A DNA stretch of 64,000 nt from Eutreptiella sp. 'Long Island Sound 2002' (lineage: Eukaryota; Protista; Euglenida), in contig OZ038379.1 in assembly GCA_964036045.1 (NCBI GenBank), forward strand, positions 3,410,001-3,474,000. The letters are read 5' to 3'. Shown piece after piece: positions 1 to 10,590 of this stretch. Both the position numbers and the translations under genes were made by a program. Numbering within the stretch: the stretch's first letter is position 1; each line of letters starts with the position of its first letter. A model generated the notes under the pieces. It made no database searches and had not been told where the DNA came from. It worked only from the letters and a program-made list of their open reading frames with translations.

Positions 1-1315
1 GAAACCCAACTTCAATGAGGGCTGGGGCTTTGTCCATTCGGCTGTCTGGCAAAGGCTGCCCCCCCAGAGTCAAAATCATAAGACCTGTGCGATAATATAA
101 CAGACTCAAATGCCTCACCACAACACAGGTACTCCAGGGTATGCTGCCAACTGACCTTTCCTCACGCTCCAGCAACTTGACACTCCATAGAACGTTGTTC
201 TTTAATCCCGAGACAGACTCTCAACGGCGCTCTCAGCTGAGAGCGATGACCGCGTCTCGGGCACAATCAAGCATGAATCGGTTACACAAAAACAATGGAT
301 AGGTCTCGACCAGATGGCCGGGCAGGCAGTAAAATACCTGGATTTGTGTCATAAAATGGAGCAACCTGTCAAACTCCGAATTCCCAACTTGACACATTCC
401 GCATCAACCAGGTGTATTCAATGCACTGAAGCCTAAGGCTGTCATGTGCCAACTGGTAATGGGCAGACAGCACCAGAAGCAATAAATGGATGCTCAATGG
501 TTCAAAAGAGGCACAAAAGTCGCTAACATTCAGGATGCACTCAGGGTGCATTGCCACCTGTCAGGTATGGTCCAGTGCATCATGACCAATTGCAGAAAAC
601 GAAAACAAGAAACAACTGTCCACCATTCCTGTGGAAATCTAAAAATGTATTCCCCTGGCATTGGCTTTAGGATAACAACGCACTTGGGGGATAATTGCCC
701 AATAATGAGAAGGGTGATTGTAAACAATCAGACAAGTCGTGAATGGTGTGGTCCGCATATTCAAGCAGAGGGATTTCCAGTGCTGCTGGAGGGCACCCAT
801 CTTGCTGAGAGGGCGTGATCTGCAGAAAATGTGAGCAGAAGCAGTTTCGTGTGCAAGAGAGGGCGATTTTGATATGAAATTGGGAACAACAGACAATCCT
901 GCTGCCTCAATTTGAAGTCTCAGAAGACTTGAGAGTGGTCACCAATGAAAATCTACCGTGGAATGGGAAGGACTCCCGGAAAATTGAACAGGGCCGAGAT
1001 TAGAACACAACTGATATGTGTAAGAATAGCCCCAGACCCAAGCCCAAATCGAAAACTGCACCCCAGCTCACTGCAATCTCAATAGCAACAAGAACAGGAT
1101 GTGTAATGCAACATGTGGCTGTTGTGTGAGGGTCCATCTGCCTGCCTGCCAGAAACATCTGCTGATGACCTGAAAACTGCATCTGTTGTCAGCTATTTTG
1201 GTCTTCCAGATGCTGGCAGTCATGCTTGAATATCGTGTAGGCATAGCACCTGGTTCCCTGGCACTACGCCATCATAATGCCTTGGACTCAGTATGCCGTC
1301 ATAGTGCCTTGGGAC

Positions 1316-1573
1316 TCAGATGCTCTTCATGTACTCAATAATGTCTCTGCGATCTTTCTGCTTTTTCATGCCGGCAAAACCCATTTTGTTTCCTGGCAGG
1401 AACTTTTTGGGATTTTCGAGAAACTTATCCAAGGATTCCTCGTTCCAGATGACGTTTGTTGCATTTCGGTTCGCAATCGAGTACGCATAGCCCGGCACAG
1501 TACCAGCTATACTTCCGAAGATTTTGTACAAAGAAGGCCCAGTCGTGTTGTCCCCTTTCTTGATGGCATGGCA
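1316..1573 (-). CDS. CYC: Mitochondrial cytochrome c, 3' exon; the 5' exon (about 15-17 aa) was not located
   Basis: Translates CHAIKKGDNTTGPSLYKIFG...YAYS.AN...WNEESLDKFLENPKKFLPGNKMGFAGMK...DIIEYMKSI*. It has the heme CH, GPSL, the Met axial ligand (KM.FAG) and close resemblance to Euglena c-558 as recalled. A pyrimidine-rich acceptor (ttcatttctccacag) precedes the Cys codon. Confidence 0.9.
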   Translation of the reverse strand, partial: CHAIKKGDNTTGPSLYKIFGSIAGTVPGYAYSIANRNATNVIWNEESLDKFLENPKKFLPGNKMGFAGMKKQKDRRDIIEYMKSI

Positions 1574-3970
1574 CTGTGGAGAAATGAAGGTACTTGACAG
1601 AATCCTCATGTGAAGCACCGAACACAAGGCAGTACGTGCCGTCTCTCTCGTCGCCTGCTCATCACCTGTGGGCGATTGCCATCCCACACCAAACCAGACA
1701 CCAACCTCAGAATTGAGGACAAACAGCGGACTATGATACACGCAACCAGCCTGACAACATTTGTTACACGTGGCCCCCGCGCCAAAGAGCATTGGCCACA
1801 TCTTGCAGACAGCCCCCGCACAAAAGGGAGTAGTAAGGCAGGAAGCCATGTGGATGGACATCCATCCGAGAGGAACGGCAGGGAGCATGAGAAATCCAGT
1901 GAAAATAAACACTGCATACCCACAGGAGACAGGCATTGCACCCCGCAGCACGGCGCCCCCTAATTGAAAAAAAACAGAGGCAAGTGGGTGCCCATACACA
2001 CTGTCGTATGCGGGCGGTAATCGACAGCGGGTTGGGCGGTTGTGGCCAACAGCACTTGAAGTGTAGCCAAAAGAGGTTTGGCAGTAACCGACGGCGGTTG
2101 GAGGGTACCCGCCAGTGGTTGAGCGGTTGTTTTGGCGCTTCCTAAGGGCGCTGCTGACCGCGGAAAAAGAGGGGAAGGGTGATCACATGGCGCCCTGCCC
2201 AAAACCTCCACAAAAGCGGGTTGACCCCTTTCTCAATTCCCACTATGATTTTGCTGCTGAGCACAACCAAACCAACAAATGTCTGTGACTGTACAATCAA
2301 CGTGTCCTTGTGTCTCCAGGGTCATGAATAAATGTGAGAGTGTGCTTTGCGTTGCCTATGCTCCGCTGCATGCTGCGTATACCCCCGTCCTCCAGACCCC
2401 TATGCATGGTGGACTGTGGGCTGTAGGAAACCGGGTCGATGACATGTCAGCCGCAGCACTTGGGGCGTCAACCAGCTCCTGGCCGCATCCTTGGGGTGCG
2501 TGTGCAGGGCAACTATTGGACACCTGTGATCAGAGAGACAACTGCCCCACTCTTACGCACTGTTCCCCGCTCCCTCTGGACAAGCAATGCAGACGGTTTC
2601 CTCCTGAAAGCCCGTACCGGAAACACCAACCAGCACACCTCCTTAGCCTCTATGGCAACCAACCAACCCACCCTCCCTGGGCTATGGTGCGCTGCAAACC
2701 TGTGGCCTGCCACAGGACCATGTTGGGGGCGCCCATGGCCTCTTCCCCTCGCCCTGTATGTAGTCACTTTGCGGTGATGAACCATGGACCCATGGGCCTT
2801 TGCTCTGGGGCCGGGGGGGGGGGGGGGGAGGGTGGCTGGCGCTGCACGCACACCCCTTGCGGTGGGCATCCGAAAAACGGCCGATGTATGCACCATTTCA
2901 CAACTTCCGCTGCGCTCTTTCCACTCCTTCCGATCGCCCCCAGTTGCTCCCGGCCTCGTAAATGCAGTGCCAACCTGCAAACCATGAGCCCTGTACACGT
3001 CACACCTGAGCAGCACGGGCTTCGTACAGCTTCTGGCCGCGTTGACAATCCGCAGAGGCCATTACAGTGAGAAAGCAAGACTGCAAAATAATTGTGGGTA
3101 AAGGACCTCAGGACCACATGCTTAAAATTCAGACGTACGAACCCCCGCAAAAAACATGCAAAGAAACGGAGGTGTGCACCCAAGGGGCCATGACATCAGG
3201 TTTTCAAATAACCAGCGTGATCCTGACACCATGCCAGACTGACTCAGTTCAATTGTGATACTGTCAGCTTCTCGGCAAACCTTCTGTTCAAGCTTCTACC
3301 GTTGGATGCCTTGAGATGGCCTGAGACAGCGGCCCAAATTGCACAACTCCTGTAAGTACAAAATGCAGACCTCAGTTCACAGGAAGGTTGGGAGGAAGCA
3401 CCCGTGGGGGAGTGGGGGGCTTTCAATACTGAGGGTGACTGTTAGAGCCCAGAAAATTCAATGAGCTTTTGCACAGCCTTCTGTTTCTCAGTGCCTAGGC
3501 CTCCTATTGCCCGCTGTGCGGCAACCACCACTGGGCCCGCCGGTCCACCATGTACCACGAGGGCATCCTACACGAATTGCCTCCAGGACAACCAGACGCG
3601 TATCCACAAAGTCACTGAGCAGTCCTATTGAAGTCGTGGACACTGGACGCACAGTGACTGGCTGAAGAGTGTTAAGAGTGTTTGTGTCTCCCAAGACATT
3701 CCTGCGATGGGTTCTGTGCCACTCTCCGCCTCTGCCCCTGCTGCACTGACCCTGTAGAGTTTTTGCCCTGTACATGGGTATTTGGCAAGTTAGGTGCACT
3801 AAGACATAGAGTCAGGACAACGGGCAAATGATTACTTGGGGGAGTGTTTGCCCGTCGCGCGCCCATACCAAGTTCCTAACTTTAGCCAGTTTTCCCTCCC
3901 CAAGAAGACCCCGAAGCAGACCAAAATCAATGCCAAACCCTTACCTGCAAAGTACACAGCGCACAACATA

Positions 3971-4647
3971 CCTTCCCCCCCCCCCATGTCCATCCCCCCC
4001 CCAGGGACGACGGTTCCTCCCCATCCCGGGGGGGACCGTTGCCAAGTGACGGTCGCCCCCCTCCCCCCCCCCCCCCCCCGGGGGATAGACACCATCGCCA
4101 ACAAACAAATTACCGCCGCATACTACACAGAATTTATGACCGATCAGTGGCTTGCTGTACATCACCCAAGGCTCTAGGATACACGCTGACATACAGAGAT
4201 CAAATGGTGCCATGCAAATGATGCAAACAAGCAAAATTCTCAATACAATGCATCAGTCCATCAGTTTGCTGCATGCTGCTACTGCTGAACAAGGACAGTG
4301 TAAAACTTCTTTTTCCGGTCCCACATAGTCTTGAACAGTTGCACATGCTTCAGCCACAGGGATGGACGAACTGGCCGCAGCAGGCTTCGCTGTAGGCTGC
4401 TTTCCAAGTTTGGGTGCATGTTTGGGTGCAGGTTTGGCAACTGTTGGTGCCTCCATGATCACCGTGAGGAGAAGGGCCTTGCACAACAGCCAGCACAGGC
4501 TCCTTTGTGGAACGAACATAGCGCAACAAGCTCTCGTAATTATGCAATCCTGTGCAATATGACACTGTTGCAATTTTTTTGGGAACTAGCCGGTGACAGT
4601 CCCCCCCCCCCCCCCCGGGGGGGGGATGGACACGGGGGGGGGGGAGG
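3971..4647. mobile_element. TA-flanked MITE-like element with poly-C/poly-G terminal inverted repeats
   Basis: Left end TA|ccttcccccccccccatgtccatcccc and right end ggggatggacacgggggggggggagg|TA are inverted repeats. The interior is homologous to 51520-51933. Confidence 0.7.
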
Positions 4648-4959
4648 TAAGACCAAAGCTGTGAATTCCACTGCCTCGACACATTCGACATGTGTTGTAC
4701 CCAATGAACAGTTCTGTTTCCACAAGGGTGTGGGTCAATACACTCTGCACAATATTGCTCACTGCATTCACCACAAAGTGTGGTGGGGTGCCGCTGACAG
4801 CACAATGCAAGCACCCCAACCTCATTCCCTCCATTATCCCACGTGGCAGCTGAGTCGCTTGCATCAATCGCCCCCCATCATAACCTTTCATCATGAGGGG
4901 GACGGTGTTCCCACAACCCATAGGGGGGTCAATCAGACCTGCCTCCAGATACAAGATTG

Positions 4960-5095
4960 CATCAAAAATACAAAAGTGCAACAAAATACGAACTGACTCA
5001 TTTGGATTGCCACACAGGATGTTCCTAACCAAACCCCAATGCCACAATTGCTCACTCCATGCCCTGTACCACGCATTATTCATCATTTCGCATGC
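4960..5095 (-). mobile_element. Decayed C-terminal fragment of a PIF/Harbinger-like transposase
   Basis: NNAWYRAWSEQLWHWGLVRNI...SVRILLHF resembles the R..VE..F/W C-terminal DDE segment. It is on the same strand as, and downstream of, the 6893-7200 fragment. Confidence 0.4.
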
Positions 5096-6892
5096 AGCCC
5101 CGAATGTGCTGTGGGGAGCTTCACACCCAAGGTGGGGGGGGGTGTCTATTTGTGCAACCGATGCTGGGAATCGGTTTAGTAGACCACAAAGCCATACTTG
5201 ATTACCCATCCAACGTTACACATAAAGCAATTATTACCAAAGGTCAAAATTAGCCACTGGAGCCCATTTTTTCGTTAATTTTTTTTAGTAGTTGTTTGGT
5301 ATCGCAGCAAAGGGGGCGGCACCCTTCCCTGCCATGATGCAGCACAATGCAACGGAAAAACTGATCTGAGTTGCACCATTCATGGTGTATTTAAACAGCA
5401 GGACAAATGGCTGTAGTGTGATCCAACCAACAGCCACCACAAGCATATTCAGAAATTCGTCCAAATTAGAAACCAATTCTTTGAAATACACATGGCCAAA
5501 CCGTGCAGGAAACAGGGGCCTGCCATGGAACAAATAATCAAGATCTCAGGACCCACAAGGTGGGATAAAACCACAATTACCAAAACAAGCTTAACTTCTG
5601 GTTGAATTTTTCGGGATAATATTTGCCTTGGTAATTTTTCCTCAGACAATATGCACAGTCCATGCTTGAACGAACAAAACAAGCAGATGCAAACCATTAT
5701 AATCATCAAAGGAGATTTAGTCGAGAGTGCGGACCAGGTGCCTCCTTTGGCCCTACAAGTGCTTGCGTGCCTATGCCCCCAACACGTGAGATAGCAAGTT
5801 AGCTGTTTTTTTTTGGGGGGGGGGGGTTCAGACAAAGATGAGCTGCCGTGGCGAGTTAGCTGTAAACAGCAATCCCCACCTATCGCAGTGCATGTCTTGT
5901 GCCATGTATGTGCAGTTCCATGACAAGGGGTGAAGGAGGCTATGATTTGGAGATTCTTGCTCCTCAGAGAGGGAGGACAGGTGGGGGTAAGGTGTGCTTT
6001 TAAGATGGCAGGGGAGTGTAAATGGGGGAAGGTGGGGATGACGCCTGCATAGATTGCTGTCTGAAGTTGGCAGCGCCCCTTGTCCTTTCCTTGAACCCTT
6101 TCCCTCCATAGGTGACAGTGTCAATTGGCCTTGAGGGCTTGGTGTCTGTTTTATCCTACCTGCAATTGGGTTTCTTCAACTGTGTGGATTGTCGGCTACA
6201 GGGTACCAGTGGTGTTGGGTTTATGTGTGCATACTCAAGGTTGGCTTGGTTTGGTTTGGTCTGTTTCCCTGGGTTTTTCTGCTTTTGATACATATGAGTT
6301 TGTTTGGGCCAACCTTGCCAAGTCGTTGAACCAACCTTGCCTAGTCCTTGGGCCGACCCTGCGCAGCCCTTCAGCCAACCCTGCCCGGTGCTTGGGCCAA
6401 CCAAGCCCAGTCCTTGGGCCTTGAGGAAAGTGGCATTGACAACTTTGCAGCACCTCGCCTGTGCCCTCGTGAAAGTGGCCTCACCTCGATGAGATGAACT
6501 GCATGCTCAATTGATACTGTCTACATATCTGCATGCTTAAGACTCTTACAATTGGGCGGTGTGAATGCAGACCCATCCGGGCATAACAAGCATAATCCAT
6601 CTCCTCTTTGTGGTCCCAAACAGGCCGCACACTGCCTGTTGTACTCTTCCAGATTGTCCCTCCCAAGGCATTCTGTTGTGCTGCACTTGTTCTCACCTGG
6701 TTCTCTGAATGCAACCGTTCACCTCTTAGGGACCTTGTGGCACAGGTGGGCGGAAAGGCTCAAGTGCACTCGGGCTATGATAAATTGCCAAAAGTATATG
6801 AACTAAGGGGGAATCCTTGCACTGCGCGCTACTTTTAGACTATGTTCCCCCCGAAGAGCCCCCAGGCACACCCATCGGAAACACCCTTAGAA

Positions 6893-7200
6893 TTAGGTGA
6901 CCCAAACTGCCCCACAAATCCACACGATGTTGCCAAGTGTGTCAATGGCAACCGTAACTTTATATACGCACCCGGCGTATTTAGGATGAAATAGGACATC
7001 ACAAAGGATGCCTCCTATGGTAGCAATGGGCATGCTATCCACGTAATGCGTCACAAAAAAAGGAAAGTGTGGGACCCGGTTCCACTCCGACAATCTTTCC
7101 GCCCATCGAATTTCAGCGACAACACCATTCAAGTAAGAACGAACACGATGCACACTTGCCCACCAAGCCTCCTCAGAGCACCCCATTGCTCTAAAGAGGA
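6893..7200 (-). mobile_element. PIF/Harbinger-like (DDE_Tnp_4-type) transposase fragment
   Basis: HYVDSMPI...LFHPKYAGCVYKVTVAIDTLGNIVWICG matches the pattern (I/V)D..PI...Y..K.....K.....D..G.I.. of this family. The fragment is truncated. Confidence 0.6.
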
Positions 7201-7830
7201 GATGAGCACACAGGGTGCTTAAGGAAGGAAAAAAAGCGAAACAAATGTTCGCGTGGAAGTATCTCATCATGCCCATACTTACGCTCCCTCCTAGAAAGGA
7301 GTGAATGTGGTGCAGATGAGCAAAAAGGTGTGAAAAGGGTTGGAAATGGGTGAAAATGCCATATCCCCAATGTGGAAAAAGCATCAAAACCTACACCACG
7401 GGGCAACAATGATGCCCCTAGTATCTCAAAGCATCGGTCTCCAGTACGGCCAAACGCCCAAATAGTTGCACTGCGTGCGCACTGCGCTTAAGGCGCCCCC
7501 TAAGTACCCTCACAAAATCAAAAGGCCAACCAACACAACACGGCACCATTACAAGGGGCCATGTAACAGCACAAAGAATGTACATTTTTGAACGCCCATA
7601 TGATACGGCCGCTTCAACCCAGCCATGCCAACGAGAAACCCACTGACAATGGCACCATCTATGGGCTGACTTGGTGCTATGCATCACAAGCACCTTCAGG
7701 CTCAGGAGCCAGAATATATGCTACACAGCCACCAACAAAAAGCAACAGTGCAGTTTGTGTGCTGAGAGGAAAGACCTTAGCCGCCCGTACAATGTCGCAA
7801 TAATACATGAGAACTACACAGTCGGCAAAT

Positions 7831-8000
7831 CAATGTGAGAGAAATGGCGAGACGTGCTGGTCGCTGCCACTCAGATTTGTATTGTGGCCACCCACCAACA
7901 GTCTTTGTTGGCCTCTGTGGCCCCACCACATACACAGAACTGGGCAGTCCGAAAAGTGCTTTAACGCACTACCATCAGCCACCTTCATTGTGCAAGGGCA
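7831..8000 (+). repeat. Dispersed ~170-bp repeat, copy 1 (copy 2 at 10246-10414)
   Basis: caatgtgagagaaatggcgag...gtgcaagggca occurs twice at roughly 90% identity (by eye). Confidence 0.85.
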
Positions 8001-8149
8001 CAACGGTCAGACAGCCAACGAACAACAGCACTGCGTGAAACAGCATAAATGATATGAGGCAGGGGCATGCAAACCAAATCATGCACAGCACACCTCCTAG
8101 GTATACTGCAACCATTGCACAATCCAACCCAAAGGGACGGGAAATCGTC

Positions 8150-8152
<3 letters not shown>

Positions 8153-8220
<68 letters not shown>
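8153..8220. repeat. (GA)n microsatellite
   Basis: Uninterrupted AG dinucleotide run. Confidence 0.98.
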
Positions 8221-8224
<4 letters not shown>

Positions 8225-8288
8225 CTCTTTCAAACCCACATACCCCAGCCTCCAAAACTATCCCCATCAAATCTGGACCCACAGATGC

Positions 8289-8688
8289 GTCACTCCATAA
8301 CTTTCTGACTGACAGATGAATTCACTGTGAAATGTCACAGCTAAATCCTGCCATCAAATAAGCGAACAGTCACTCCATAACTTTCTGACTGACAGATGAA
8401 TTCACTGTGAAATGTCACAGCTAAATCCTGCCATCAAATAAGTGAACAGTCACTCCATGGCTTTCTGACTGACAGATGAATTCACTGTGAAATGTCACAG
8501 CTAAATCCTGCCATCAAATAAGTGAACAGTCACTCCATAACTTTCTGACTGACAGATGAATTCACTGTGAAATGTCACAGCTAAATCCTGCCATCAAATA
8601 AGTGAACAGTCACTCCATAACTTTCTGACTGACAGATGAATTCACTGTGAAATGTCACAGCTAAATCCTGCCATCAAATAAGTGAACA
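8289..8688. repeat. 80-bp tandem repeat, 5 near-identical copies
   Basis: cactcc(ataa/atgg)ctttctgactgacag...aaataagtgaacagt begins at 8291, 8371, 8451, 8531 and 8611. Confidence 0.97.
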
Positions 8689-10245
8689 ACAGCCACTGAA
8701 TACTGCATGCGGCATGTGAATGGAAGCACAGCCACAGTGACCACCAGGCCTTGAGAACAACACACAACACAATGTCGCTTCTTCCTTTTTGCACTGCTTG
8801 TTTGCCACACAAGCTGGCTTTTCAGCATGTGCAAAGCTGTTCTTCAAAATACAATTGTTAAATCCCTCGCCGAAACAAGGGCACATGTCACCATAAGAAC
8901 ATGGTAAAACATCTTCTCAACGTTCCTGGAGAATTAACACAGAACAAAAATAGAAATGGAAACTCCTAATTCTGAGAAATTCAAAATTGAGGTTGTTCTG
9001 TCCAACTCAAAAGGGGGGGCACTATCTTGGAAAATAACCAAAAGACCACGCGCATGTTCATGTTTCTTGAAGAGGTTTAGCGTTGTGTGTGGCCACGACT
9101 TGATGTCTCAGCTACTGGCATTGCTGCTGGTGCTCATGGTGTCTCCCGAAAACAGATTTTAGAAGAACCAGGGTCACTCACACCAGCGCCATCAGGGGTA
9201 CTCATAAAACACCTGATTTGCTTTGACTTCATAGAGAAAACTGCGGTGGTATGTACACAAAAACAAGCACAATGCCAGCAACACAAATAGGCGCTTGCTG
9301 CCTGCTGCCGGTCCACTGCGTCGCCACTTCAATGCCTGGCACCACAGTCATCCAGGCCCCAGCAGCATTGCAAACCTCAATGAACACACGCACACACCAC
9401 TTGAGAATCAGGTCCCATGCATTCGCTCCAATGAACCCAAGACCTAAACAATATGTACACTATCTGTGGATCAAATCAAAAACCAGCCCTGCCGAAACAA
9501 CTGCAACACGGTCACCACAGGCTGGCTGGGACGGCAGAAATGATGATAAATGCGATAAATGTGAATGCAATGAACAAGCCCACAAAAAAGGCGGACCAAT
9601 GCCCTAAACAATAAAAACCAGCCTTGCATGCGAATAAATATACAAGGAAAGCAGCAGGAACTGTATTGTGAAGCAGCATTCATGCCATAATAAGGCAGTG
9701 AGGCATGCAGGAGCATGTGGCATCAATCAAATCGAAACACAGCAACCACCAAAGCCCAACACAGCAACCACCAAAGCCCTGCAAACAGCACATAATGCTG
9801 CTCTTGTTGTTTTGGTCCAGAGCAAGGTGGGCTGGCGTACCCTGCTCATCATATGGTACTAGAGACAACGCCTCAGAATCAAGGTTCAGAGCTGTGCGGT
9901 GCTACGATGATGCAACAAATGACTGTGGTAGTGGATTTGACACATAGTGAGGATTAGCTGGGTCTGAAACCCGGTTATGCAGTGGGAGACCTAATGCTGC
10001 ACTTATGCAAAGCAGCAAACAGGCTCTCAGGCAGTGGGCCCCATCTCTGCGCCAGTGTCGCGGACCACAGTGGTGCCACATGATTCCTCATGCGCCCAAA
10101 AGGGTGTGTGCAATGAGCTTGGCTTGCGGCATAATGCTTTCAATTCCCACAGTAGCAATGGCGGAGTACTGCCTTAACCAAGTAGAAGCCTTCCTTAGCC
10201 ATTTCTTCGGCGTTCCTGTCACTGGCAGCTGCTCTTCAATCAAGA

Positions 10246-10414
10246 CAATGTGAGAGAAATGGCGAGATGTGCTGGTCGCTGCCACTCGGATTTGTATTGT
10301 GGCCACCCGCCAACGGTCTTTGTTGGCCTCTGGGGCCCCCCACATACACAGAGCTGGGCAGTCCGAAAAGTGCTTCAACGCACTACCATCAGCCACCTTC
10401 GTTGTGCAAGGGCA
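10246..10414 (+). repeat. Dispersed ~170-bp repeat, copy 2
   Basis: Homologous to 7831-8000. Confidence 0.85.
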
Positions 10415-10590
10415 GAACGTCTGTCAGCAGCTCGGGTCGTGTTCTGTTGTATTTTCCTATGCCACGTCATACCAGAGGGATGGCTGTCATCTGGATGTAT
10501 TGATTCGGGTGGGGCTGGGTGTGTGCTCTGCTGGAGGCCAGTGACACAGCATTAAGCAAGAAAAGGGGCTGAGGGATGAAGTGGGAAACA

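Noticed and set aside
1789-1810. SARCGQC as a possible cytochrome c exon 1 giving CxxCH
   Set aside because: No GT donor, no non-conventional intron end pairing, and the upstream GD..G..LF spacing is absent.
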